In this document: one piece after another, positions 25,380 to 34,744 of the stretch | Position numbering within the stretch: position 1 is the stretch's first letter | How the letters are laid out: each line of letters starts with the position of its first letter | Virus record (IMG/VR): IMGVR_UViG_3300035703_000045 | Span: 1-64,000 of that record | Source of the DNA: a virus | DNA: 64,000 nucleotides | Direction: 5' to 3' (one strand) | Made by a program: the position numbers and the translations under genes | Notes under the pieces: generated by a model | Seen by the model: the letters and a program-made list of their open reading frames with translations, nothing else | What the model was told of the DNA's origin: nothing | The model's database searches: none

Positions 25380-25718
25380 ATGGATATCAAGACAATCATC
25401 AACCTCTTGACTGCGGGTCAGATAGAAGCCACGAAGGCGGTGGAACTGATCGCTATTGAATGCGACACAGACCCAGCCGTACTCATCACGGCACTCAAGA
25501 AGATCCACACGACCAAGACCTCAACTCGTTTCACCCCACAGGATATTGCTAGTGTCATCTCCATGTGGCAGAACGGCGCAACAAAGGGTCAGATCGCCAA
25601 GCAACTCGGGCGTGACCGCATCAGCATCAACAACCTGATCGCTCGTCTTCGCAAGAAGGGCATTGACCTTCCCGTGCGCCCCATCCGCACAGCCGACAAT
25701 CAGTTGAGCCTGTTCTGA
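25380..25718 (+). CDS. Helix-turn-helix DNA-binding protein ending in QLSLF
   Basis: GATKGQIAKQLGRDRISINNLIARLRKKG; the C-terminal QLSLF equals the beta-clamp-binding consensus. Confidence 0.75.
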   Translation: MDIKTIINLLTAGQIEATKAVELIAIECDTDPAVLITALKKIHTTKTSTRFTPQDIASVISMWQNGATKGQIAKQLGRDRISINNLIARLRKKGIDLPVRPIRTADNQLSLF

Positions 25719-25951
25719 TGATCCTCTCGTACATCACTTTCCACGACACCGACACGGGCGAGATGTATCGCTACGACGGTGGTGAGTGGATTGAGTACTG
25801 CGAAGGCGGTATCAAAGCCGAATGGCAGAACCTCATCTATGTGATGGACGAGGAGGGTAACCCAGCGATTGATATGGATGTTCGTCATGTCGCTGGTGCC
25901 ATCGCCTCGTATCTTGAATACGCAGATTCAGAAGACGAGGACGAGTCGTAA
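25718..25951 (+). CDS. Hypothetical protein
   Basis: TGATG translational coupling. Confidence 0.55.
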   Translation: MILSYITFHDTDTGEMYRYDGGEWIEYCEGGIKAEWQNLIYVMDEEGNPAIDMDVRHVAGAIASYLEYADSEDEDES

Positions 25952-26074
25952 GGAAGACACATTGGGGCGACGGATTATCTAGTCCTTTCTATCTGTCGGT
26001 CTTTCTCCCCCACCTCTGTGGTTGTTCGCAGGGGTGGGGGCGACACCCATCACGAAACAACAAAGGGGAATCAC

Positions 26075-26284
26075 ATGGCTCGCACACACGGTTCAAAGGA
26101 AATGAACAACCTTCTAAAGGACATCAAGAAGGCTGGGTTCACGGTGGAAAGATTGAAGAATGGGGTGTTCATCATCACGCCCCCTTCCCATATCAAAGCC
26201 CCGTCATATAAGACGCACGGCACACTCAAGGCGATCAAGCCGATCAAAGCGGATTTCCGCAAGATGTATGGAGTGGAGTTGTAG
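26075..26284 (+). CDS. HicA-like small basic protein
   Basis: LLKDIKKAGFTVERLKNGVFIITPP...THGT...IKADFRK fits the HicA-like alpha-beta3-alpha layout. Confidence 0.5.
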   Translation: MARTHGSKEMNNLLKDIKKAGFTVERLKNGVFIITPPSHIKAPSYKTHGTLKAIKPIKADFRKMYGVEL

Positions 26285-26340
26285 GCTGGACATGCCAGCC
26301 ACAAACTGTGGCGTTGTCCAATTCACAGAAAAGAGGGGAA

Positions 26341-26811
26341 ATGAAATTATGTCGTGCACCGCTGTGCAGTAAACCAGTGGTAGCCAAGGAGTTGTGTTCT
26401 GCCCACTACAAGCAGATGCAACGAGACGGTCGTCTTCACATCATTGAAGAGTTCAAGAACACCGAAGACAAGTTCTTCAAGAACATCCGCAAGGATGACA
26501 ACGGGTGCTGGGTATGGACTGGATCGGTGGACAAGGGATATGGTCGCATGTACATCGGGAGCAAGGCGTTCCAAACGCACCGCTGGTCGTACGAGCATCA
26601 CATGCATGTCTCGCTCCCCCGTACCGACACTCTTGACCATCTGTGCCGTAACACGCTGTGCTGTAACCCTGAGCACCTTGAGCGTGTGTCTCTCCTAGAG
26701 AACAACGAACGCAAGCACCTATACCGTGCGTTACAGGCAGAGATTGATCGGTTGCGTTTGTTCATCACCGATCTTGGATACAACCCCGACACCTTCATGA
26801 AGGAGATGTGA
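26341..26811 (+). CDS. HNH endonuclease
   Basis: LCSAHY; GCWVWTG...GYG; HRWSYE...LDHLCRNTLCCNPEHLERVS..EN. Confidence 0.9.
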   Translation: MKLCRAPLCSKPVVAKELCSAHYKQMQRDGRLHIIEEFKNTEDKFFKNIRKDDNGCWVWTGSVDKGYGRMYIGSKAFQTHRWSYEHHMHVSLPRTDTLDHLCRNTLCCNPEHLERVSLLENNERKHLYRALQAEIDRLRLFITDLGYNPDTFMKEM

Positions 26812-27047
26812 TGAAAATTAGTGAACTGAAAGAGATTATCAATACTTTGGGTATGAAAGATGATGACGAAGTGTGTGTCATCTTGTACCACAAATCGGCG
26901 TTTAACTACGACGAAGACGACGACATCGTGCTTACCGACGATGCGTGGGGCGAGGTCGTCAAATCATTTGAGGAGCAATCCTTTTATGATTTGTACGAAT
27001 CAGTAAGCATGGCATGTGCGGAGTTCGCAGAAATGAAAGAGATGTGA
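26808..27047 (+). CDS. Hypothetical protein
   Basis: Coupled ORF. Confidence 0.55.
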   Translation: MMKISELKEIINTLGMKDDDEVCVILYHKSAFNYDEDDDIVLTDDAWGEVVKSFEEQSFYDLYESVSMACAEFAEMKEM

Positions 27048-27253
27048 TGTCGGGTCATGTAGGAAAGTCTTTCCAACTGCCGACCACCGGCGGCGAGTTC
27101 ATCACAGCGGTGATTCTCGCTGATATCAAATGGGATATGGATAGGTATGCCGTAGTTGCATATGAGCAACAAAACTATCCGAATGTATTTCTTTGGCATT
27201 GGAATTCAGTTGAACAGTTGATAGCATGTGAAGTGGAGGAAGACAATGATTGA
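27047..27253 (+). CDS. Hypothetical protein
   Basis: TGATG translational coupling. Confidence 0.5.
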   Translation: MSGHVGKSFQLPTTGGEFITAVILADIKWDMDRYAVVAYEQQNYPNVFLWHWNSVEQLIACEVEEDND

Positions 27254-27749
27254 CAAAGAAGCAATGATCACGACGATCAGGAAGAGCAAGAAGATCTCAG
27301 AAGACAAGGTCACGATCAGTGACGCAGGTATTGAATTCGTCAACTTCAAGGACGGACAGTTCATGCCCGACGATCTCATGAAGTTGACCAACTACTACCA
27401 CGATCTGTGCAAAGAGAACATGATCCATTTCGTGAGCACTGGGGAACGAGTCCCCTCAATCACAAACTTCCATAGGATCACGGCTGAAATCCAAGTGGAT
27501 GCTGACCGACTGGAGTCGTTCCTGTTCACTGGTGAGATGCTCTGCTGGCAGGACGCTCTCTATGAGATGAGTGATGAGGAATACGATCAGGCATGCAAAG
27601 AGGTGTATTGCCCTGAAGAATATGAACTTGAGGAAGAAGATATGAATGATCTTCAAGAGCACATGAAAGCCATGGTGCTAGACCTTGAGAAGCGAGAAGA
27701 AGAAATTGACATGTTGAACAAGATGTTCTCGGAAGGAGAAGATCAATGA
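27246..27749 (+). CDS. Hypothetical protein
   Basis: GGAGG RBS. Confidence 0.6.
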   Translation: MIDKEAMITTIRKSKKISEDKVTISDAGIEFVNFKDGQFMPDDLMKLTNYYHDLCKENMIHFVSTGERVPSITNFHRITAEIQVDADRLESFLFTGEMLCWQDALYEMSDEEYDQACKEVYCPEEYELEEEDMNDLQEHMKAMVLDLEKREEEIDMLNKMFSEGEDQ

Positions 27750-28087
27750 GTAAGTACGACCAGTGGTTGGAGTCTCCGTATCAGGACGACTACCGCAATG
27801 GGGGCGCATTGGAAGCATATGAGGCTCAATACTTGGAGTCCGACGAATTCCGTGATGCCTTTGAGATTTGGCAACAGGATGACTTGCCTGAATTCCAACC
27901 GATCAGCGCATCCCCTTTGGACATCTACATGGACACCACCTCCTATGAGCGTGGACTGACCGCATACATTGAGGCTCGGGTGGAAGCACAAGCGGAGTGG
28001 GAAGAGACTATGTTCTCCGAAGACTACGCCGAAGAGACTCGCACCAATTTCCTTGCTGGGATTCTTAGGAAAGTGGCTGGACGATGA
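27746..28087 (+). CDS. Hypothetical protein
   Basis: ATGA overlap, AAGGAG RBS. Confidence 0.6.
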   Translation: MSKYDQWLESPYQDDYRNGGALEAYEAQYLESDEFRDAFEIWQQDDLPEFQPISASPLDIYMDTTSYERGLTAYIEARVEAQAEWEETMFSEDYAEETRTNFLAGILRKVAGR

Positions 28088-28308
28088 CGAACATGGCTGT
28101 TGATACCCCGTATCATGAGTTCCTGTACCAAGTACAGCAGATATGGTTGGAGGGTTCGTGGCGGTATGGACAGGCTTTGTTCAACTGCCTTCACACATTC
28201 CGACCCGACTTGGCTGACAAGGTACGGACAACCCCTCTTGATCCTTTCTACAAAGACCACTCTGATATCAACCCCGAACTGTGGGTATTCCTGATGGAGA
28301 ATTGGTGA
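28084..28308 (+). CDS. Hypothetical phage protein
   Basis: WRYGQALFNCL...RPDLA...DPFY. Confidence 0.65.
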   Translation: MTNMAVDTPYHEFLYQVQQIWLEGSWRYGQALFNCLHTFRPDLADKVRTTPLDPFYKDHSDINPELWVFLMENW

Positions 28309-28727
28309 TGCAGACATTCGTACCTCTTGGATCAGACTTTGCTGGCAATGCCAAAGTGCTGGACATGAAGCGACTTGGTAAACAGCGTGTGGAGGGTCTT
28401 CAGATCCTGCGTACTCTGACAGGTGTTGGCAAAGGCTGGGAGAACCACCCCATCGTGAAGATGTGGAAAGGTCATGAGTATGTACTCGGCTTGTACACCA
28501 TTGCGATGTGTGATGAATGGATATCCAAGGGGTACAAAGATACCTGTAGAGATCAGATCATATCAATAATGGAGTCGTTTGATATGCCCAAGGTGACACC
28601 CATGTGGCTTGAGGATCCCGAACTCAAACTATCTCACAAGTCCAACCTCATTCGGAAGATGCCCGACCACTACGGGAAACTGTGGGCTGGTGTGCCTAAC
28701 GATCTTCCGTACAAATGGGTTGCCTAG
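28308..28727 (+). CDS. Pyrimidine-dimer DNA glycosylase-like protein (MSMEG_6728 family)
   Basis: MQTFVP...LDMKRLGKQRVEGLQIL...WENHPIVKMWKG...SHKSNLIRKMPDHY. Confidence 0.85.
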   Translation: MQTFVPLGSDFAGNAKVLDMKRLGKQRVEGLQILRTLTGVGKGWENHPIVKMWKGHEYVLGLYTIAMCDEWISKGYKDTCRDQIISIMESFDMPKVTPMWLEDPELKLSHKSNLIRKMPDHYGKLWAGVPNDLPYKWVA

Positions 28728-29116
28728 AGTAATACCCCTTCTCGCAGACGGGACTTCCCCCACCCGTCTGTCTCTGTCCACACAGCCCTGTGAATGCCGT
28801 TCTCCATCAGGAGTTCTTGGCAGTTGGGACACGGTTTTGCCATCCCGATATAACCGCTCTTGGTGATGCGAGCAACGTAGATAGTGGCTCCTCTGACATC
28901 CCCAGCACGGCGTATGGCTACCTGTTCGGCGTGGTATGACACGCCATTGAGTTCAACCTGAGACGGGTCGTTTCGGTACCGGTTAAACCCGACACCAAGC
29001 ACCCTCCCCCCACCGACAATGACGGCTCCTACACGCCATTTGTCGTGGGGGGCGTTGGATGCCTGAGCGGTGGCTACGGCGAGCCACCTGAAGTCAGAGA
29101 CGCTCAGTGCTGGCAT
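28724..29116 (-). CDS. Cytidine/dCMP deaminase-family protein
   Basis: RVGAVIV...GFN...HAE...AKPCPNC. Confidence 0.85.
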   Translation of the reverse strand: MPALSVSDFRWLAVATAQASNAPHDKWRVGAVIVGGGRVLGVGFNRYRNDPSQVELNGVSYHAEQVAIRRAGDVRGATIYVARITKSGYIGMAKPCPNCQELLMENGIHRAVWTETDGWGKSRLREGVLL

Positions 29117-29540
29117 TTGCGATCAAGTGCTTGGCTTTGGCAACCGACACACCCAGCACCTCAGCAAAGTGCTGAATGAACGGAGTCTTGTGGTTCTTCC
29201 CTCGTACCTTGCGGAGATCCTTGATGATCGTGGACACCGGCATGGTGTGATCAAGGTTGTTGATATCCAACTTGCGACGTTCACGGGGAACCACGCCACC
29301 CCAAATGCCTTGGTGCTCTCCGTTCTCAAGAGCGAACATCAGACAATCACGGCGCACCGTGCAGGTGGCGCAGGTGAGACGGGAGGTAGCAATCTGATAG
29401 GAGCATGCGGAGTGGTTGTCCTTGGTCGGAAAGAACGTGTCGGGGTTGACCCCTGCACACGCTGAGTGCTTGCGCCACTCCCCATTTCCCCAGTTTCGTA
29501 GCATCGGTAGTTCAATCAGGTTTGGATTCTGTTCGTTCAT
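29094..29540 (-). CDS. whiB: WhiB-family transcription factor
   Basis: W...SAC...TFFP...CATCTVRRDCL...GIWGG...ERR. Confidence 0.9.
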   Translation of the reverse strand: MNEQNPNLIELPMLRNWGNGEWRKHSACAGVNPDTFFPTKDNHSACSYQIATSRLTCATCTVRRDCLMFALENGEHQGIWGGVVPRERRKLDINNLDHTMPVSTIIKDLRKVRGKNHKTPFIQHFAEVLGVSVAKAKHLIANASTERL

Positions 29541-29578
29541 GTTATGAATCTTATCGGGTGGGTGCTTGGTTTACCAAA

Positions 29579-30649
29579 TTACCAATTTGTCAGAACATCA
29601 ATTAGGTTCTTTGCCCCAATTGAGATATCTCGTTGGCGAACCAGATCTTGGAACTGACTCCCCAGATCCGTGCGGAGAGAGGGGTCACTAAGAGATTTGA
29701 TACCCCGTATCCAATCATGTGCATTCTTTGCTACCAACCCAATACCATAGTCATTTGCAAGGGACTTGTATGACGAGGTGTCTTGGGCGATGAATGGAAC
29801 ACCGGCTGAAGCGTACTCAAGACCTTTGATGTCGGACTTGGCTTCGTTGAATGGGATCTTGTTGAGAGGAACCACTCCGATATCCATATCCATTAGGTAT
29901 GGATACTCCTCCGCTGGCACCGAATTGCGGGTTCTCACCAACTCCTCAGAGACCCCAAGTTCGGAAGCAAAGGTGGGGGCAGACTCATGGTGACCACCGT
30001 GGTACAGATGTACAGCACCGTTCTCTGCCATGGGCTTCAGCCATCCCGACATCGTTTGGATGTCTTGGCTACGGTGCGCCGTGCTACCCACCCACCCCAC
30101 CGTAGGGGTAGTGCTTCCTGAATCGGTATGACACCCCTTGAAACGGGCGACATCCACATAGTTAGGTAGGACGATTATGGGGCACCGTACAAACTGCTTG
30201 ATACGGTCAGCAAGGTACGGGGTGCTGACAGTAACAAAGTTTGAACGAGCAATGACACCTTTGTAATGGTTGGTGTTCTCTGTCGGATTCTTGGAAGGGT
30301 GGTTGATCCAGTACGCCTGATTGGTGACACTCAGTCCCCAATACCAGTCGTCTAGATCGTTGATGATGATCTGACCGGCTTTCTGCGCCATGGGGATGTG
30401 GGTGAGAAGACCCTGATGCATGAGGCGTTGCATGTAGATGACATCTACATCGTGAACTCCCCCAGCAATATCAACGATGAAGAACCTGTTGGATATCCAA
30501 GTCAGAACCCCGACATGTGTTTCAAATGGAAATAGGGACACATACTGTCCCATCCGTGCCCATCCGCTACCGCCCCAATGGGGTTTGTCGCTATTCAGTT
30601 TCTTCGGATGGATCCAATCCCCCGACGCTATTCCTAGACGCACGGACAT
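29579..30649 (-). CDS. GT-B glycosyltransferase (family 1/4-like)
   Basis: NDLDD, TVSTPYLA, VGWVGS..H..D, DIGVVPL...FNEAKSDIKGLEYASAGVP. Confidence 0.85.
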   Translation of the reverse strand: MSVRLGIASGDWIHPKKLNSDKPHWGGSGWARMGQYVSLFPFETHVGVLTWISNRFFIVDIAGGVHDVDVIYMQRLMHQGLLTHIPMAQKAGQIIINDLDDWYWGLSVTNQAYWINHPSKNPTENTNHYKGVIARSNFVTVSTPYLADRIKQFVRCPIIVLPNYVDVARFKGCHTDSGSTTPTVGWVGSTAHRSQDIQTMSGWLKPMAENGAVHLYHGGHHESAPTFASELGVSEELVRTRNSVPAEEYPYLMDMDIGVVPLNKIPFNEAKSDIKGLEYASAGVPFIAQDTSSYKSLANDYGIGLVAKNAHDWIRGIKSLSDPSLRTDLGSQFQDLVRQRDISIGAKNLIDVLTNW

Positions 30650-30815
30650 TCCCTTTTCGTTCCATGACAAATGATTTACGGTTCTTGATGGTGTCACCCT
30701 TCTCTGTCATGGCTGAACACCTGTGGATAGGTGCCTGAGTCATGGGAACAAAGATACTTGTCGTTGCACGACAATTAGGGCACACATAGCGACCAGCAGG
30801 GAATGTCTCACTCAT
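30591..30815 (-). CDS. Small zinc-finger protein
   Basis: YVCPNC...HRC; TAGAAT -10 lies 7 nt before the ATG. Confidence 0.4.
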   Translation of the reverse strand: MSETFPAGRYVCPNCRATTSIFVPMTQAPIHRCSAMTEKGDTIKNRKSFVMERKGNVRASRNSVGGLDPSEETE

Positions 30816-30853
30816 ACAAGACATTCTACACTACTGGTCGCTTAGTGCAACAG

Positions 30854-31069
30854 TCAGACTGTCTTGGTGCGAGGTGCCCGACGCTTCCAAGTAGCCTTGA
30901 ATGCCTCAATGTGGCGACGATCCCACAGAGGAGTGGCACTCAGGTTTCCGATGGGCATGGGGAAGTTCTTCCGCTTGCGGAGCGCATGGATCTGTTGCTT
31001 GGGGCATTCCAAGATTTCAGCGACTTCTGCTGTTCCGCAAAGGTCGGAAAGTTGGTAGGACTCTTCCAT
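30854..31069 (-). CDS. Small HTH DNA-binding protein (AlpA/excisionase-like)
   Basis: GTAEVAEILECPKQQIHALRKRKNFPMP...PLW. Confidence 0.75.
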   Translation of the reverse strand: MEESYQLSDLCGTAEVAEILECPKQQIHALRKRKNFPMPIGNLSATPLWDRRHIEAFKATWKRRAPRTKTV

Positions 31070-31144
31070 TGGATTCTCCTTGTGTACGATATGTATATCA
31101 ATGGTGATACAAGACTACACCATAGGGCATGGTGTTTACAACTC

Positions 31145-31738
31145 TCACGGCTTATTTAAGTACGCCCACGGAGACCAACCCGAGGAATCCTGAAGCATGA
31201 CGGCAAAACGGAGGTTGGTTGCTGGGTCGTAGAGGGCATCACGGCTGATGCCAAGATCGGTCAACCACTTGCTGTGGACTTTGTAGTAGATCTGTGTGAG
31301 ACCGACGCAGTCCCCGTTGTCAGCGGTGGGGATACACCGGCTCTCAGTCCATAGGACTTGAGACCAAGTGCCCCAGTCTTCAAGGTCGCCTCCGACCTCT
31401 AGAAGAAGGGGCAACCATTCGGCACAGCGTGGATAGATGGTTGCGTAGTTATTGACCTGTTCCTGATACGCAATAACCATGGGGTCAATAGTTGTGGTGG
31501 TTACTTCAGTGGTAGTAGTTGGTGGAGGTGTGATGACAACGGTTGCACGGGGTTGGGCAACTGTTGTGGGTGTAGCAGTAGTGGTCGTGGGACTTGGGGA
31601 CTTTGGTGTTGATGCAAGAGTGATGATGGCGAGTGTGGTTGCAAGTGATATAGCAATGATCGTGAATGATTTATTGATGCTCAAGGTGACTCCTTGACTA
31701 GGGGATAAAAGCAATGCCCGACTACAAGAATCGGGCAC
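31145..31738 (-). CDS. Membrane-anchored lysozyme-like transglycosylase (SLT-like)
   Basis: TM helix, T/P linker, WTESRC...GLTQI...LYDPATNL...GWSPW. Confidence 0.75.
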   Translation of the reverse strand: MPDSCSRALLLSPSQGVTLSINKSFTIIAISLATTLAIITLASTPKSPSPTTTTATPTTVAQPRATVVITPPPTTTTEVTTTTIDPMVIAYQEQVNNYATIYPRCAEWLPLLLEVGGDLEDWGTWSQVLWTESRCIPTADNGDCVGLTQIYYKVHSKWLTDLGISRDALYDPATNLRFAVMLQDSSGWSPWAYLNKP

Positions 31739-31772
31739 CCTTCTAGTTTACCAAACGGTTACGGTTTGGCAA

Positions 31773-32153
31773 CTACTTACTTGACATCCTAAACACGACA
31801 TCATCAAGTTTGTAACTCTCTCCTTGTCGTGGAATAGAGTCAATTGATATCGGTAACGATATGTCCTTGGAACAACACGCAGAACAAGAACAACCGAATC
31901 GTTTACTTTCAATAGTTCCATGAGGAACACGATTTGGGTTTCGTCTTTCTTGCGGGGTTAGCCCACCCCAGCATCCCCACACTTCTTCGTTCTTTGTTCC
32001 GTATTCCAAACAGTCTTTCCACACTGGGCAGGAATAGCAAAGAGACTTACCAATCCGGTAATAGGCATTCTGATTTGGTGCTTCCAAAGGTGGGAACCAA
32101 AAGTCGGAATGAAGACCTTTACAAAGAGCGTCTTGCATCCAATCTAAATTCAT
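31773..32153 (-). CDS. whiB: WhiB-family transcription factor with extra C-terminal Cys cluster
   Basis: WMQDALC...FWFP...CYSCPVWKDCL...GCWGGLTPQERR; HGT...GCSCSAC. Confidence 0.9.
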   Translation of the reverse strand: MNLDWMQDALCKGLHSDFWFPPLEAPNQNAYYRIGKSLCYSCPVWKDCLEYGTKNEEVWGCWGGLTPQERRNPNRVPHGTIESKRFGCSCSACCSKDISLPISIDSIPRQGESYKLDDVVFRMSSK

Positions 32154-32449
32154 TGATCAAATTCACGACGGAACAAACATAGAGCAATGACGGTGTAAGT
32201 AGCGATGTCAAGAAGACTGTCTTCAACGCCTTCATTCTGAAGAGTTGATCCGTTGGCATAAGCCTGAAGGCGAACGATCTTGTCGTTCGCTCGCATCATG
32301 GCACCGATCCAAGGGCTGATACCCCATTCTGCTGATGCGCTGACGTTCGCAAAGAAGTCGTGATCCCGACCGTAGTCGGCACCTTTGCGTTGGTGCATCT
32401 CAAGAACTTCAGAGATGACTTGCTCAAATTCAGGGTTATTTCGTCCCAC
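32150..32449 (-). CDS. DUF1599 / nucleotide-modification-associated domain protein
   Basis: KGADYG...N...RANDKIVRL...EGVEDSLLDIATY. Confidence 0.8.
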   Translation of the reverse strand: MGRNNPEFEQVISEVLEMHQRKGADYGRDHDFFANVSASAEWGISPWIGAMMRANDKIVRLQAYANGSTLQNEGVEDSLLDIATYTVIALCLFRREFDQ

Positions 32450-32629
32450 GTCGCTCCTCTGCGATGATGTCTAGAACGTGGGCAACTGCCAATGGCAGAA
32501 AGGATGCTGTCGCAAACAACAGCAGGGTTGATGCCACGTCTCGGTTTGACTGATGAATGGATTCCGTGATGGTAAAGAACACCGTCACGATGAAGGCAAG
32601 TGTGTACCGCCGTCTGTGCTGATAAGTGT

Positions 32630-32860
32630 TCACGATGACTTCTTCGTTCCGTACATGGCGACCGACTGAATTTGGTCAAGAAGCCATGCTGATGCCTCGT
32701 TAATACCATCCTGTGAAACAATGTCCCAACTCTGCCAAAGAGTGCAGTGCTTCTCCTTCAACCACTCCCTGATCAGATCTTGGGTGATGGATACATCTTG
32801 GGTTTCGTTAAGTACGTCGTCCATGGACGGGAACTTATCAATTATCTTGGCTGATGTCAA
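32630..32860 (-). CDS. Hypothetical protein
   Basis: Packed ORF. Confidence 0.45.
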   Translation of the reverse strand: MTSAKIIDKFPSMDDVLNETQDVSITQDLIREWLKEKHCTLWQSWDIVSQDGINEASAWLLDQIQSVAMYGTKKSS

Positions 32861-34274
32861 TCACTGATTGAATAAAACGGTCAGTTTGATTTGCGTTCAT
32901 ACCGCCACCATCCAGTTGACGGGCGGTATCCCCTGCTCGTTGACCAAACAGCCTAGAAAGTACTCCTGAACTTCCACGGGCTTCAACTTCAATACGCATC
33001 ATATCCCGACTATCAGATATGTTCTTAAACCTATCAATGAGGGAGAACAGGCGATCCATCTCCGAGGATAGGGCTGGGTCAATACCCTGACCCTCCAGTT
33101 CTTCAGCAAACCGAGCGAACAAAACACGGCTTGCCTGCATCTCAATCATGGCTTGCAGTACTGCGGTCAACTGATCCTTTGTACGGATCTCAACAGGTAG
33201 ACGAAACCCACATTCTGAATTCTCTTGGAATGCAGGACAACGGCTGGCTAGATAGCAACTATTGCACTGTCGCAGAGGGTTGCTCTGATACCTAATAACA
33301 GGTGTCTCTTGAGGGTCAATTTCTATTAATTCTCCCTGCTCAGAGTGGGTTTGTGTACCCATTGAGAGCAGGTGTTCAATACCCATAACCGGTAGCAACA
33401 TACGGTCACTGTCGTGCCTCTTTTGTACTGGGGGTATATCAACATTTGTACCCTTCGGAACCATAGAAAGCCCACTTGGGGTTGAGGGGGATATATTAAC
33501 TATTTCCCCATCTTCAGAGTTTACAAACTCATTCTCATCATCCGCTGGGGATGGGTCATAGCCCCCAAATGTACGCTCCTCCCACTGCAACCACGAGCGG
33601 ATTGCAAGGGTTCCCACAGCGTCAACACTGTCCTCCATAACGGCTTCGTAGTCCACTCCGAGGCGCATGATGTCGGGGCGATGCTTCTTGCGTGATGACT
33701 CTTTCTGCTGGGCTGGGTACCGTCGTAGACCATGACCATCCCATACCTGAGTCTCGCCGTACCGGATAGCAGATGTCCATGATCCGACGACCACAACCTC
33801 CCATGGCAGGGCTTCAATGATGTCAGGTTTACTTGTTAAACCGAACAACTTGGTGTCCCAGCGGTTTGAAAGCGAACGAATGCGAGGAAGAGTTTTAGTA
33901 TCAATAGCCTTATCAGATATAGCAACACGCCCATATCGCTGGCATATCCAAGCGAGACGCTCTAAATCGTCACCGGCGTTCCAAACTGGGATGTACTTGT
34001 CTCCAAGCCAGTCGCCGTCCATGTCGGGGCGACCAATTACATAGGTCAAATAGTCGGCGTACTCACGCACAAAGTCTGTATACCCCGTCAGGTTCTCGTC
34101 ACCTTCGCTGGTGTAGACCAGCAGTTCCGCTCCAGCAAACACAACAGAAGGGTCAAACTCTTTCCGTTTGGGAACAGGGAGATGAGTGACATTGACACCC
34201 ATTCTTTGTACATTGTTAGCAATCAGGAGGTTTCTGTGGGTGCCTTTCTCGGCTCCACCTAGAAAGATTCTCAT
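32838..34274 (-). CDS. Large hypothetical protein with alpha/beta N-domain and C-terminal four-Cys cluster
   Basis: MRIFLGGAE...IPVW...LFGLT...SWTSAIRYG; CNSC...CPAF...C. Confidence 0.7.
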   Translation of the reverse strand: MRIFLGGAEKGTHRNLLIANNVQRMGVNVTHLPVPKRKEFDPSVVFAGAELLVYTSEGDENLTGYTDFVREYADYLTYVIGRPDMDGDWLGDKYIPVWNAGDDLERLAWICQRYGRVAISDKAIDTKTLPRIRSLSNRWDTKLFGLTSKPDIIEALPWEVVVVGSWTSAIRYGETQVWDGHGLRRYPAQQKESSRKKHRPDIMRLGVDYEAVMEDSVDAVGTLAIRSWLQWEERTFGGYDPSPADDENEFVNSEDGEIVNISPSTPSGLSMVPKGTNVDIPPVQKRHDSDRMLLPVMGIEHLLSMGTQTHSEQGELIEIDPQETPVIRYQSNPLRQCNSCYLASRCPAFQENSECGFRLPVEIRTKDQLTAVLQAMIEMQASRVLFARFAEELEGQGIDPALSSEMDRLFSLIDRFKNISDSRDMMRIEVEARGSSGVLSRLFGQRAGDTARQLDGGGMNANQTDRFIQSVIDISQDN

Positions 34275-34744
34275 TCTTCTCTCCACGCTTTCTCAGCCAT
34301 CTTTACTGCCTGATTGTCCATTTCCTCAACCATGGTATCCCATTCTTTGATGACACGCCCACCGTCCCATTCCGGTCGGATGATGTACGGGCAGGCAACT
34401 AGGAGAGTAGGAATGCCCAGTCTCAAGGTTTCGGCGCAGGTACGGGGGTCATTGTCAATGTACCAATCAACCTTTCCAAAGACAGCAGAGATTCGGTGAA
34501 CCTTCTCAGCCCTCAAGTTGGGGCTTGGTTCATCAAGGATCTCATAGAAGGAAGGCTTGAACCCCTCCTTCTTTAGCCAGTGCTCAATGATCGGACGTTC
34601 GTAGTCTTCATTGATAATGACGCACATACGCCCTATGGAGTTATCAAATAGGGCATTCCATATCTTGCGTCCGTCAGGATCAGGCTGGCGTAGAGCGAGT
34701 GTCTCAGCAGGGCGAGCCAGTACGGAGAAGTTGAACAGAATCAC
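34271..34744 (-). CDS. HAD-like protein with degenerate motifs
   Basis: ILFNFSVL...WYIDNDP...LGIPTLLV. Confidence 0.45.
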   Translation of the reverse strand: MILFNFSVLARPAETLALRQPDPDGRKIWNALFDNSIGRMCVIINEDYERPIIEHWLKKEGFKPSFYEILDEPSPNLRAEKVHRISAVFGKVDWYIDNDPRTCAETLRLGIPTLLVACPYIIRPEWDGGRVIKEWDTMVEEMDNQAVKMAEKAWREE

